Shown here: positions 1 to 13,610 of the stretch, in pieces | Position numbering within the stretch: position 1 is the stretch's first letter | Layout of the letters: each line of letters opens with the position of its first letter | Origin: Octopus bimaculoides | Taxonomy: Eukaryota | Direction of reading: 5' to 3' | Assembly: GCF_001194135.2 (NCBI RefSeq) | Contig: NC_068994.1 | Location: forward strand, 28,770,028 to 28,834,027 | Length of the DNA: 64,000 bases | Position numbers and translations under genes: made by a program | Notes under the pieces: generated by a model | What the model was told of the DNA's origin: nothing | Seen by the model: only the letters and a program-made list of their open reading frames with translations | The model's database searches: none

Positions 1-171
1 CTGTATTTGATTGAGAAACCAGTGGTTTACCGTTAAGTTAAATGTTTTTAAGAGATAAATTTTGAAAGCTGCATTCCCTCGCTTTCAGTAAATATGTTGC
101 TTATTTTTTGGTAGCTTTTTACTTATTTAGTCCCTCGAAGCGTGAGGCATTACTACACAGTTAATGCCCTT

Positions 172-210
<39 letters not shown>

Positions 211-215
211 GTATA

Positions 216-414
216 AATGTGCCTCTAGGCTTCTTCAGAGGGTCTAAGTGGTTGGGAGGTTTAATATATATAAGAAACAGTTAACAATAAGTACAGTGTA
301 TTTGTCTTTTTGAAAGGGCAGAAAAAGACAAACACACTGTACCTCTTGTTAACTGTTTATATGTATTAGCCCTCCTAACCACTTAGACCCTCTGAAGAAG
401 CCTAGAGGCACATT
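216..414. repeat. Fold-back inverted repeat (about 95-bp arms, 10-nt loop), probably PLE-derived
   Basis: 216-311 (aatgtgcctctaggcttcttcagagggtctaagtgg...gtcttttt) is the imperfect reverse complement of 322-414; loop gaaagggcag. Confidence 0.9.
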
Positions 415-1295
415 CATCATCCAAACTTTATCTGCCCATCCCTGCACAACACTGAGGAGATGCAGATGGCATGGAGGATTTTGTTGCCTCTTGGCAGAAA
501 CGGCCGTAAGGAACTAGAACCTACTGTCAATCTGATCTTTTGCTCTTTTCTGTAATATTAGTACCTGTGTGTGTAACACAGTTATTACATGTGTATGTAT
601 TCTTCCAATACTTTCTAATAAATAGACATACTCAAATGACTACCGCCTGATGTATGTCTTTTTGTATCCTCTCCATTTTCTTATTTGCCATATAAATTAA
701 GGGTAAACCACTTTTTACCCCTGCCCATACATAACACTCAATTGCGAGATTGCCACACTCAATTGCGAGATTGCCACACAATAACCAGCACTTGGGTATG
801 AATACCAGCAGTATATTGGATAGATAGTTGATTGGTTTCCCAACCTCTNNNNNNNNNNNNNNNNNNNNNNNNNNNNNNNNNNNNNNNNNNNNNNNNNNNN
901 NNNNNNNNNNNNNNNNNNNNNNNNNNNNNNNNNNNNNNNNNNNNNNNNNNNNNNNNNNNNNNNNNNNNNNNNNNNNNNNNNNNNNNNNNNNNNNNNNNNN
1001 NNNNNNNNNNNNNNNNNNNNNNNNNNNNNNNNNNNNNNNNNNNNNNNNNNNNNNNNNNNNNNNNNNNNNNNNNNNNNNNNNNNNNNNNNNNNNNNNNNNN
1101 NNNNNNNNNNNNNNNNNNNNNNNNNNNNNNNNNNNNNNNNNNNNNNNNNNNNNNNNNNNNNNNNNNNNNNNNNNNNNNNNNNNNNNNNNNNNNNNNNNNN
1201 NNNNNNNNNNNNNNNNNNNNNNNNNNNNNNNNNNNNNNNNNNNNNNNNNNNNNNNNNNNNGATATATATATGTATCTATACACACATACACACAG

Positions 1296-2557
1296 ACATG
1301 CAGGAAGTAAATAGACACCTTTAATTTTCAAAATCTTTTATTTCATATGCAAAGCAAACAATTGAAATGTGATCGATAGGCAGGACTACATACTTTAGTA
1401 TTTAGTTGACATTCCTTTTGCAGTTTTTAATTCAGAAACTCTTTTTGGCATTGAACTGATGAGCTTTGTGATTGTCTCTTGTGGGATTTCTACCCACTTT
1501 TCACGCAACAATCAAAACAATTCATCTTTAGATTTAGGTTTCTGTCGAGTTTTTCATATAGCTCTATCTAGTATGCTCCAAAGATTTTCAATTGGTTTCA
1601 CGTCAGGAGATTGGCTCAGCCAAAGAAGCTTTTTGATCCCATTTTCAGTTAGCTATTGTTGATTCCATTTCACTGTATGGCATGGAGCCCTATCTTCCAT
1701 GAATAAAAACTCATTTTACGTTATCTTATCATGTGACTACGTCGGAAGTAGTCCTTGCTTAAGTATTTCAATGTATTTTTCAGAGTTTATTGTTCTAACA
1801 CATTCAATTAGCTCAGAACGACCATTGCTGGCGACAGCTCCCTATACTATTACATAGATACCGCCATGTTTCACAGTTGGTTGTAGTTGTTTCAAATCAA
1901 ATTCTTGATTGGGAAGCCTCCAGACCCAAACACGTCCACTGTCTGAAAATAATGCAAATCTGGATTCATCTGAGAAAATCACTCTATCCCAAAATGAACT
2001 GGATTTTTCTGATATCTCCTTAGCCCATTTCTTTCTTTTCATGATATTCATTGGTTTAAGGAGAGGTTTTCTTGTAGCTGCTCATCCATAATACCCAAGC
2101 TTATGCAGATATGTAACATGTTCTGGGACTAACTTCTAGCTGTTTTGCAATGTTAAAAACCTTCAAACAGGGTTCGTTTTTCACAATTCTCTTCAAATAG
2201 CGAAGCTTCCTTTCCAAGGACCCAGGTCGGTCGGGACAAGAGTCTGTTGATTCTTTTCCTTGGCTTTTGAATTGCACTATAATTCTATTAACAGTAGCAA
2301 GAATTTTAAAATTTTCGGCAATTTTTCTCTGGCTGAGACCAGCCTCAGATTGCCCAACAATACCCCCACTTTGAAAATCTGACAGTTCTGCTGAATTTTT
2401 TGTGTGTGGCATGGTTACTCTTTGCAGATGTTTAATATAATGGCACCTGGAATGTAAAAGAATAATTACATTGTAAATTCTACACCGCTGAAAACATATT
2501 AAAACGCTTAGATCAGAAATTTTGAAATTTTAAAGTGTCTATTTACTTCCTGCATGT
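1296..2557 (-). mobile_element. Tc1/mariner DNA transposon, decayed transposase
   Basis: TIRs acatgcaggaagtaaatagacac (1296) and gtgtctatttacttcctgcatgt (ends 2557). Minus-strand fragments give an HTH N-terminus (MPHTKNSAELSDFQSGGIVG), [16 protein letters not shown] and FMEDRAPCH, with frameshifts and stops. Confidence 0.92.
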
Positions 2558-2571
2558 GTGTGTGTGTGTGT

Positions 2572-2605
<34 letters not shown>

Positions 2606-4615
2606 CATCATCATTATCATCATCGTTTAATGTCCGCTTTCCATGCTAGCATGGGTTGGACGATTTGACTTAAGACTGGCAAGCCAGAAGGCTGCACCAA
2701 GCTCCAATCTGATCTCGCAGAGTTTCTACAGCTGGATGCCCTTCCTAACGCCAACCACTCCGAGTGTGTAGTGGGTGCTTTTATGTGCCAGCGGCACAAG
2801 GGCCAGTCACATGGTACTGGCAACGGCCACGCTCAGAAAGGTGTTTTTTACATGCCACTTGCACGGGAGCCAGTCCAGNNNNNNNNNNNNNNNNNNNNNN
2901 NNNNNNNNNNNNNNNNNNNNNNNNNNNNNNNNNNNNNNNNNNNNNNNNNNNNNNNNNNNNNNNNNNNNNNNNNNNNNNNNNNNNNNNNNNNNNNNNNNNN
3001 NNNNNNNNNNNNNNNNNNNNNNNNNNNNNNNNNNNNNNNNNNNNNNNNNNNNNNNNNNNNNNNNNNNNNNNNNNNNNNNNNNNNNNNNNNNNNNNNNNNN
3101 NNNNNNNNNNNNNNNNNNNNNNNNNNNNNNNNNNNNNNNNNNNNNNNNNNNNNNNNNNNNNNNNNNNNNNNNNNNNNNNNNNNNNNNNNNNNNNNNNNNN
3201 NNNNNNNNNNNNNNNNNNNNNNNNNNNNNNNNNNNNNNNNNNNNNNNNNNNNNNNNNNNNNNNNNNNNNNNNNNNNNNNNNNNNNNNNNNNNNNNNNNNN
3301 NNNNNNNNNNNNNNNNNNNNNNNNNNNNNNNNNNNNNNNNNNNNNNNNNNNNNNNNNNNNNNNNNNNNNNNNNNNNNNNNNNNNNNNNNNNNNNNNNNNN
3401 NNNNNNNNNNNNNNNNNNNNNNNNNNNNNNNNNNNNNNNNNNNNNTGCCTCGGTGAGGCCTAAAGTTTGAAGGTCGTGCTTCACCACCTCATCCCAGGTC
3501 TTCCTGGGTCTACCTCTTCCACAGGTTCTGTCAACTACTAGGGTGTGGCACTTTTTCACACAGCTATCCTCATCCATTCTTGCCACATGTCCATACCAGC
3601 GCAATCGTCTCTCTTGCACAACACAACTGATGCTTTTTAAGTCTAACTTTTCTCTCAAGGTACTTACACTCTGTCGAGTATGCACACTGACATTACACAT
3701 CCATCGGAGCATACTGGCTTCGTTTCTTGCAAGCTTACGCATGTCCTCAGCTGTCACGGCCCATGTTTCACTGCCACGTAACATGGCTGTTCGTACACAT
3801 GCATCATACAATCTGCCTTTTACTCTGAGTGAGAGACCCTTTGTCACCAGCAGAGGTAAGCGCTCTCTAAACTTTGCCCAGGCTATTCTTATTCTAGCAG
3901 CTACACTTTCAGTGCACCCTCCCCAGTTACAAACTTCGTCACCTAGGTAGCGGAAGCTATCAACTACTTCTAGTTTATCTCCCTGGAGTGTAGCAAAGGT
4001 TGTTTTCTGCACATTTTCAGTGTTAATTGCTCCTGAGCATCTGCTACATACAAAAACTATTTTGCTAGTTAGCATTCCTTTGATATTGCTGCACCTCTTA
4101 TGTGTCCATAGCTTACACTGGGTACATCTTATGGAGTTTCCACCTACGCCTTTTCTACAGATTGAGCAGTGCCATCTACCTGAAGGAGTTTGTGTTTTGT
4201 CTATCTTCCTACTTATTAGGACTTTGGTTTTAGCTAGGTTGCCTCTCAGGCCCTTCGATTCTAGTCCTTGCTTCCACAGCTGATCTTCTCCACTAGTTCT
4301 GATAGTGACTCAGCAATTAGTGCAAGATCATCAGCATAGAGGAGCTCCCAAGGGCATCCCGTCTTGAATTCCTATGTTATTGGCTGGAGGACTATGATAA
4401 ATAGGAGGGGGCTGAGTACTGAACCTTGGTGGACCCCTACCTCTACCCGGAATTCTTCACTGTACTCATTGCTAACCCTCACCTTACTGACAGCGTCCCT
4501 GTACATCTATCCCTAGTTTCCTCATTGACCACCAGATAAGGGAGCGGGGGACCCTGTCAAAGGCTTTCTCCATGTCAACGAAAGCTAGGTACAGAGGTTT
4601 ATCTTTGGCTAGGTG
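2606..4615 (-). mobile_element. 5'-truncated RTE-clade LINE (RT C-terminal half, 3' UTR spanning a gap, (GAT)n tail)
   Basis: Minus strand GCPWELLYADDLALIA (YADD at 4327-4338), KTK, DSFRYLG, GSETW, RRLRWYGHV, GRPRKTW; the tail ends aaagcggacattaaacgatgatg at about 2606-2640. Confidence 0.92.
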
Positions 4616-4689
4616 ATGATGATGATATATATATATATATATATGGTGGAGTTGTCATGTACATCTGCATGGACCTCACACCCCAGGTC

Positions 4690-6500
4690 CTTTTGTCACA
4701 CTCAAATTCAGTATGTGATACACTAATTGTACATATAAAACAACCCAATGTAGTTATATGTACTACATATTGCCCTCCAGTTGCTCCAAATCATGCAGTC
4801 AAGTTTGAAAACTACCTTACAAAAATAGAAGTTCTAGTCACATTAGAACAACACATAAGTGTACTTCTTATGGGAGACTTCAATCTGCTGAATGTCAGAT
4901 GGCCTGATGGCCTTTCTCTCCCAGAATGGCACGATGCAAACAAGGACATGTGGAGTCCCTCCTGAACTTCATCAACACTTTGTACATTGAACAAATAGTT
5001 CTCAAACCAACCAGGGTAAGTAATATACTGGATCTCTGCTTCACATATAATATGGATCTTGTCTATAATGTGAAAGTGACACTGATGCTACTCTTGGATC
5101 ACATGGTAGAACTGACCATGTATGGATCAAAGGAGACCATGGACATGCAGCCTACAAGAAACTCTCAAAATCTTTAGAGCTTGAACTTCCAAAAGGCAAA
5201 CTGGAAACAAATTGGGAAAGAGATCATCAGACTAAACTAGCCTAAATGTCTCTCCTGACCGGACACCGACATGAAACTTCAACAATTCATGTCTGTAATG
5301 CAAGCCATATGCTACAAATGTGTCCCGGAGAGAAAGGCCACACGAACAAAATCCCTAGGGAGACGAAAATTCTTATGAAACGGTGTACAAAAATTTCAAA
5401 TTGCTTAAACAAATTGAAAGTAGTGAAAAATCCCACCTGAAAATACAACTGCTGGAAATTGAAAAAAATCTGCAACTCTCCTATGGAAAAAAAAAAAAAG
5501 AGCAGACAAGGAAGCCTGGGCTATAGACAATTTAAAATCTAACTCCAGAGCCTTCTACAAGTTTGCCAAAGAAACAGCCTCAGTGCACTGCAGGATAGGG
5601 CCACTCCTTGAAAAAGATGGTTCACTCACAGGAAACCCAAGGAGGATAAGTGAAATACTAAATGAGCAATTCGAAAGTATTTTCAATCCACCCCTAGGAC
5701 ACTTGCAAGTCAGCAACCCAGCTGACTTTTTTACCACTGCAGATATAAAAACAGAAGCAGTGATGATTGATTACATCAATATAAAAGATGATGTAATAAA
5801 GGCTATAGATGAAATAAACCTGAACTCAGCTACTGGCCCTGATGGATTCTCAGCAATCCTTCTAAAAGCATGTAAGTGTGTCTAGCAAGACCACTGGAGT
5901 CCCTCTTTCAGAGCTTCCATGCAACTGGCAAACTTCCAAGCAAGCTGAAGGAGGGTAAAATATGCCCTATTCTTAAAGGAGGTAGCAGAGCAGAGGTCAA
6001 AAACTACAGACCTATATCTCTGACCTCACACAGCAGCAAGGTCATGGAACGAATAGTCAGAAGAAAACTAATCGCCTTCCTTGAGGAAAATGAATTGCTG
6101 ACTGACACTCAACATGGTTTCTGATCAGGAAGAAGCTGCCTGACTCAGCTCTTACACCACTATGACTGGGTGTTGAAACAGCTGCTTAACCACTCAAATG
6201 TGGAAGTGATATATCTCAACTTTGTAAAGTCCTTTGATAAAGTCGATCATGGAATATGTCACAAACTCCAAATTTGCCATCAGGATATAGGACAAGATGC
6301 TGCAATTGCCTGGGCTTTAGGGGACCACAGCTCTTCAGGATCTTCCCGAAGGGCCTGAGAGACCTACATGGGGTGAATGTGGGTGTTTTCAAAATGTAAC
6401 TAGATGTTTTACTGTCAAATGTCTCAGGTGAACCAACTTCACAGCAGGAAGTGCAGATGAGGGCAGCAAATGTCAATTTCTAAAAAGAATTAGTGAAGTA
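4690..6500 (+). mobile_element. CR1-clade LINE ORF2 relic (APE endonuclease, RT, internally deleted 3' end)
   Basis: Fragments LMGDFN, PTRVSNILDLCF, SATGPDGF, KNYRPISLTSHSSKVMERIV, QHGF, VIYLNFVKSFDKVDHG. 6290-6480 resembles the CR1 C-terminus also seen at 33310-33570. Confidence 0.88.
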
Positions 6501-6569
6501 AAATTATGTAACAACACCATGGTGACAGCTCATGAGCTGAAACTAGATCAAATCAAATCAAATCACATG

Positions 6570-6582
6570 TATATATACATAC

Positions 6583-6614
<32 letters not shown>

Positions 6615-6684
6615 ATGTATATGTGTGCGTGTGTGTATATATGTATGTATGTGTGTGCATATATGTATGTGTGTGTATGTATAT

Positions 6685-6746
<62 letters not shown>
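6570..6746. repeat. Compound (TA)n/(TG)n/(TATG)n microsatellite running into an assembly gap
   Basis: Direct reading. Representative of many similar tracts, e.g. 172-214, 20700-20790, 35600-35660, 36260-36480, 40920-41235, 63850-64000. Confidence 0.95.
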
Positions 6747-7110
6747 NNNNNNNNNNNNNNNNNNNNNNNNNNNNNNNNNNNNNNNNNNNNNNNNNNNNNN
6801 NNNNNNNNNNNNNNNNNNNNNNNNNNNNNNNNNNNNNNNNNNNNNNNNNNNNNNNNNNNNNNNNNNNNNNNNNNNNNNNNNNNNNNNNNNNNNNNNNNNN
6901 NNNNNNNNNNNNNNNNNNNNNNNNNNNNNNNNNNNNNNNNNNNNNNNNNNNNNNNNNNNNNNNNNNNNNNNNNNNNNNNNNNNNNNNNNNNNNNNNNNNN
7001 NNNNNNNNNNNNNNNNNNNNNNNNNNNNNNNNNNNNNNNNNNNNNNNNNNNNNNNNNNNNNNNNNNNNNNNNNNNNNNNNNNNNNNNNNNNNNNNNNNNN
7101 NNNNNNNNAT

Positions 7111-7730
7111 GTACTAGCTGTTGGACCTGGCATTGCTCAGGTTCTCCATGTTGAAGTTAAGCCCACCTCTGACCGCATATTGAAATCTTCTATGTTCCCC
7201 GTGCTAACTATTACAAATTAAGATTTTATATCTGGTTTGGCAGGGATTTTACCCGGTTAACAAACTCCTACACACTGGACCATCTGAAATCGCAGTCAAA
7301 CTTTTGGGTGTACCTCGACCCGTTGAGAGTGATGTTTGTTTAGTTCTCTCCCCTTAATGCCATCCTCTGTAGAGAATTGATCAGTGTCCACTCTTAACCA
7401 AATCCGAAGAAAAGTGTTATGGTTATGTCATAAAATAGAATCCATGTGACCATTTACATGAAAATATCCCATTGACTTTTAAATCCCAATACATTATATG
7501 AATAATCAATGTTTCATATGTCAAAGTGCTTAATTTTACTCATGTTCGTTATTTTATTGTGAGCGAATTTTGAAGATTTCTGCCTTTCACCAGTTTAATT
7601 TAATTCTACCACATGACTCTGACCATAAACTTTACCTAAATGTCAAATTTCATCAAAATCGGTTGAATTCTGTAGAAGTAACAGCATAAAGTATTAATCC
7701 TATGGGTAATTGCATACAAAAAGCCTATTG
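7111..7730 (+). mobile_element. Possible non-autonomous Helentron/DINE-1-like element
   Basis: Starts tactagctgttggacctggcattgctcagg and contains aaatttcatcaaaatcgg, motifs resembling DINE-1/HINE elements. No coding support; it ends in a gap. Confidence 0.35.
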
Positions 7731-9204
7731 NNNNNNNNNNNNNNNNNNNNNNNNNNNNNNNNNNNNNNNNNNNNNNNNNNNNNNNNNNNNNNNNNNNNNN
7801 NNNNNNNNNNNNNNNNNNNNNNNNNNNNNNNNNNNNNNNNNNNNNNNNNNNNNNNNNNNNNNNNNNNNNNNNNNNNNNNNNNNNNNNNNNNNNNNNNNNN
7901 NNNNNNNNNNNNNNNNNNNNNNNNNNNNNNNNNNNNNNNNNNNNNNNNNNNNNNNNNNNNNNNNNNNNNNNNNNNNNNNNNNNNNNNNNNNNNNNNNNNN
8001 NNNNNNNNNNNNNNNNNNNNNNNNNNNNNNNNNNNNNNNNNNNNNNNNNNNNNNNNNNNNNNNNNNNNNNNNNNNNNNNNNNNNNNNNNNNNNNNNNNNN
8101 NNNNNNNNNNNNNNNNNNNNNNNNNNNNNNNNNNATATATATATATATATATATATATATAGGCCAGTAGATAAGGATAGTAAAAATTGTCTGCTTTTTA
8201 AAATCATCGGCTATACAGACCACTAGTGATCTGTATGGTCAACTTAGATAGATTTTGTAGGCAGGGATTTGGTTACTAGAAGCTGACTGTATCACTCCTG
8301 GCGTACCGAGCTTACAGAGACCAGATTAGCAAATTACTTATGCAGACATTGATGGAGTCACCAACAAATAGTGGTTTTTCCTTGAAGAGGGGCAAATAGA
8401 GGAGAATTGATTAGGTTTAGTAAAGCATTAGTAATAGAACAGAGAAAAACTTAGAAGAGGCACTTAGGAAAGGTATCGCAACTGACAAGCTGGGGGCAAG
8501 ATTGGCTCTGGACCAATTCTTCAGTGCTTAGCATGAAGAATGCATTGTTAGGGCTAAGGTGCATGCTCTAAGGGACAAGGAAACGAAAGGCATTTCATCC
8601 AGTTCACTGCCTTAATGATGATGATGACGACGACGATGACAATGCAGTACCAGGCAGTGGCTTTCATGGCTCTTGATCTTAACTGATTGGATGTGTTATC
8701 ATGTAGATTGTTTTGTCCTGGTTTAAAAGATGGGCTACAATAAATATATTCTGCTCAGTGCCACAAATTTGCTTGTCAGTTATTTGACCTTAACCAGTTG
8801 AGCATGTCCCTTGGTAGCTGATGATATGTGCATCTCTGATCATGAGCAGAAGTAGTGGGAGAGCATCATAGCCATGTGTGGAGAGGAATTTTGGAGGGTT
8901 TGAATAATTCACCTCTGGAAACACAGGTGTTTCGTTCATCATCCTTAAACAAACCCTATTCAGGGACCTTTTGAGCAGAATGGGCTACTCGACCTGATGA
9001 AAATTCTAACTTGCAAGGTCATGTGCTGTTTATCTTGATATGAGATCACCATATTGTGTACATATCGTTGTGATCCATGTATCCTATGTACCTTTATCAG
9101 ATGGGTAGTCATGATGGGTATACTGGGCTTCGTATATTTTACCCCAGTGTCATTTTGATGGCATGCACTGCTCTCTCACTCAATAATAATAATAATAATA
9201 ATAA

Positions 9205-9410
9205 AGGTGGAAAGCTGGCAGAATCATTGCTGCATCAGACAAAATGCTTAGTCGCATTTCTCTCAGCTTTCTGTTCTGAGTCACCAAGGTCAGTTTTTGC
9301 CTTTTCATTGTTCTGATAAAATAAGTACCACTTGAGCGCTGGGGTTGATGTAATTGACTAAACCTCCCCACAGAATTTCAGGCCTTGTTCCTGTAGTAGA
9401 AAGAATTGTT
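9205..9410 (+). mobile_element. tRNA-derived SINE family A, decayed copy
   Basis: Aligns by eye with the better copy at 55712-55935. Other copies at about 19845-20070, 20070-20285, 44860-45035, 57330-57500(-), 58230-58400(-), 58400-58560(-). Confidence 0.75.
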
Positions 9411-9554
9411 ATTGATATTAAAATTATTATCATTACTAGTGTTTCATATTAGTCTTTTGTAATGTTATTGATATTTTTATTAATTTGGTTCTACTGAATA
9501 TATATATGAAACAGGAAAGATCCTTTTCACACATCATGGATGATAACTAAGCTT

Positions 9555-12500
9555 ATCTCATCTCATCTAGGTCATCCCGTAGGACGCCCCAAAACTGTTT
9601 CCACACATTTTCCCCATTCATCTCGATCTTCCATAATGGTCCTCAGCTCCTGTACCCCTTCCATACCAGTATCCTCCAGCAAGTTGTCGCTACAGGTCAT
9701 CTTCCTCCTTCCTTCCTTGGTTCTTCCTTCTGTTGGTTGCCAGAGCACTAGCTTGTTAGCAATTTCATCAGCGTGTCTGATGCAGTGTCCAGCTATGCTG
9801 TATCTTCAATGTTACTTTTGGTAGTCCCTGGTATAAGTCGGTGTTTGTTGTATGACTCTTCCAGGAGACATTGAGTACCATTCTAAGCATCCAACTGCTT
9901 CTTCAGTGCTTTAGTGAACATTCATGTTTCAGCCCCGTATAGAACAGACTCTATTGTTGCCAGAAATAACCTCATTTTCAATTTCCTTGCTAACTTTGAA
10001 CTCCATACCTTTCTCAATTTATAGCATGCACTCCAGGCAAGAGCTTTCCTTGCTACGATGTCTTTTTCAGTACTTTGTGTCCACACACCAAGGTATTTGA
10101 AATTTTCAATTACTTTCAGTGACTTACTGTCTCTCACTTTCACTGACAGGCATTTCGTGATTGAATACTTGCAGCTCTGTTTTGTTTCCATTACAGTACA
10201 ATCCTACCTTCCCCGATTCCTGCTCTAATTCCGTCTCTCCATCAGGAGTGATCACTTTTGCTCTGGTGTTCTCATATAGCTTACTTATTGCTCTCAGAAT
10301 TCTTGGTGGAATATCATATGCTTTAAGTATCTTCTTCATCATTCCTCTATGTACTGAATCAAAAGCCTTTTTTAAAGTCTACATAGATAACGATAGCCTT
10401 CTTGTTATGGCTCTTAACTCCCTCTATCAATCTTCTAAGTGCAACAGTGTGAGATGTTGACTGTCCTGATCTGAATCCATTTTGATTTGGTCGCAATTGT
10501 TTGTCTATCTTATGTTGTATTCAGTTAAGTCAACTTCTGGATCCTTCCCAAGTAAGTTGTAGAAATGAGTGTACCACTTCTTGATTCTCTCATCCTTTGA
10601 TTTCCCTTTGATGATTCCCTGCTTTGCAGCTTTGCAACCAGTGATAGAGCTAATCAGCCACCAGCTTTCTCCATGCTTACTCTTTGTATCTGCATTTTCG
10701 ACCTGGGAGATCACTTCATCCAGTTCTTCTTCTTGAATCTCTTGGTACACCTGTTTTAGACCCTCTTTCTTTCTTTGTAAAGTTGGTTTAGTACCATTGT
10801 TGGCAACTTTTTGATAGTTGCTGAAAGCCTCTTGTACTTCACTGCATGCTTTTTCTACCCTAGCATCATCAGCTAACTGTCTCCGTTTCATCCTCTTCTT
10901 TATCAGTATCAGTTCTGCTGCCGCTTCTTCATTTAATTGGCATAAACTTGCAATATTGCTCTGTAACAGTATCCCTGTTGTTCTGCTGCCGCTTCTTCAT
11001 TTAATTGGCATAAACTTGCAATATTGCTCTGTAACAATATCCCTGTTGTTGGATAGTTCAGCCAATCTGTTATGCATTGTGACCGTATTAAGCTGTTGAA
11101 GTTCTGTATTTTGGAATGTAGACCAATTGTAGCATTTTTTCCTTGCAGGAGTTTATCTTGTACGTAGACTAAAACATAGTCTGGCTGTCACTAAGTGATG
11201 GTCACCCCCTAAGCTGCTTAAGCTGTTATATGCTTCTACATTGTGTACAGAATTCTTCCTTTTCTTATTAATTAGAATGTAATCAATTTGGGACCTGCTA
11301 CCATTCATGTCGGAGATAAATGTCCATTGTTTTCCTTTCTTTTTCTTGAATAAAGTGTTAGTGATGTGAAGATTACATTCTGTTGCATGATTCAGGAGAA
11401 GCTGGCCATTCTTGTCGGTCTCTTTATGGAATGTGTAGCATCAAAATCACCGCATTCTATGGTAACATGGTATTTTGGTATTTCATTGATGACATTTGTC
11501 AGTGTTTCATAGTGCTCCTCTGCATCCTTGCTTCCCTCTGTGGGTGCATAGTTAATAACTACTGTGGTGGATGGGTTTCCATTGAACGTGGCTGTGACTA
11601 TTCTGTCATTTACTGGTATTACTTCAGCCTATGCTTTCTCTGCCAAACTGTTGATTACTAATCCTACCCCTCCTGCTGCAGCACCATTAGTACTTCTCCA
11701 TGCACTTGTTATTAGTGTGCAGCCTTCAAGTTGTTCAATGAGAGTAGGTCTTCTTCATGCACTATCTTGTGTTCAACTACTCCAAGGATGTTTAGTTTGC
11801 ATTTGTTAAAGTTATTAGCCATCTCCAAATGTTGCTCTTTTCCTTAAGCATTCTGACATTAAGTGTTCCAATTTTCAGGTACCTTTTACTGTTCATAAGT
11901 TTAATTCCTCTGTTCTCGCCATCAGCTACTTCCAGTTGGATTTAAAGTAGTACCTTCATCAATCTTTATGCGACTTTCTTGAACATCTGGAATGTCTGAG
12001 TCAGGGGCTCTAACCCTAGTGCTGTTAACGTGTGGATTCATAGAGGTGTCAGTTGCACATATTATAGGAGTCATAGGGTGCTGCTTCATGTGGTCCTGCA
12101 GTTTCCATCTAAATAGGAATATTAGGATCTCATCCATTGTCTTGTATTCAAGATCCCCTGCATGACATCCTGCTAGTTCAAAGCCAGGAATCTGATCTGT
12201 TAGGTCCTGCCAATAACTAAATCCATGCCCTGCTGCTGACACTTCGATTTATTGTCATTAAGGTTTTGTCTGTCTCCTACCCTTTGATCTGTCTGGCCTG
12301 GTAAGACCTGCCTGAAGATTTCTCTCCCTCCAGCATAGCTCTCTGGGTCAATGGAGCACATAAGCACTTCACCGCGACAAGGTACTTGTTGAACTGGCCT
12401 TTGATTACACAGTAGTTCTTCTGCCCTTTGACAAGTCTTATTTTTCGTCCTGCAGGGTGTCCTACAATCACTCTCCTCACCAGTTACCAGTAGCACTCAA
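9555..12500 (-). mobile_element. RTE-clade LINE, second family, near full span but internally deleted and frameshifted
   Basis: Minus-strand APE motifs (SQIDYIL, DHHLVTA), KAKQGIIKGKSKDERIKKW, MMKKILKAYDIP, ITPDGET, ENFKYLG, ESVLYGAET; (GATGA)n tail at about 9555-9570; 68-bp tandem duplication at 10913-11048. Confidence 0.88.
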
Positions 12501-13610
12501 GAGCTACCTGACTATAAAATGGCTAAAACAAGTAAACTAAGTTTAATGAGTGTCTGAAGAGGATGACATTTCTTACTATTTCAATCAGGCATAATTTATG
12601 AGTCTTGTGTTATGTATCACATATAATTATTTATGTGTAATGTGATTTGAAGCAGAATGCAACTGAAACAATTGTAACTAATGTTAAACTTGTGTTATAC
12701 TAATGTCTTCATCTATCTATCTACCTATCTATCCATCCATCCATCCATCCACCCATCCAAAACCCACTCACTTCAGCAATGTAAGTACATGTGGGCCGTT
12801 TGCAATTTCTTCTCCTTCTTTGGACTTTTCCCATTCTCCTTTCCAATGGAGAGCCATGCTCAAAACCTTAACCCCTTAGTGTTCAGATTAATTTGTCAAG
12901 TGTAATACTTATCTGTTCACATTAATTTTGATTTATTCAGGTTCAAGTGGAGTGTCCACAATACTTGCTTGTAACTTTGTTAATTTTTTACATACAGATT
13001 TGAAATTTTGTAAATGGGTGCTTATATGCCAGTGGTTTATAGTTACGTAATTTTAGCTGATCTTTCTGACTAAATTTGACTTTTATGGGCAGGTAAATTT
13101 AATTAACAGGTGTAAAAACAATAACATTATGAATAAACACTAAAATTCATATTCTTAATACATCCTACCTGCTTGGTTTGCTACTAAAATTATCCCAGAT
13201 ATCAACCGCCAACAATTTTACATTTTTCAAGATGAGGTACATTAATTTGAATTAATTAAAATACAGGTGTAATTGGCACAAGATTTTATTCTTTCTCTGT
13301 ATTTCATTCAAATATTTTCATTGAAAATAAAGTACAAAACTTTTTTACTAGTCAATATACCATTGGCTATGTACTCTTATACAATTTAAGGAATTCATTT
13401 ACATAACAGAATGCCTCTAATAAAAAAAAGCTCATTAACAGGTGAGACAAAGGTGAATACAGGTGTGTAACATACTGAAAATTAATATGCATTTCTCACT
13501 TTCACATGTTATTTAAAATAAAATGAAAAGGAATATATGATAAAATAATATAGTTATAAAATAATATAGTTATGACATATTTCTGTCATGAAACTGCCCA
13601 AAGCACCCTT

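Noticed and set aside
734-780. 21-bp tandem duplication; also the 68-bp duplication at 10913-11048
   Set aside because: Two-copy local duplications with no spacers; not CRISPR-like and no sign of function.
12250-12500. HDV-like ribozyme at the RTE 5' end, known from some RTEs
   Set aside because: I could not identify the nested double pseudoknot by eye; it would need an RNAMotif/Infernal search.
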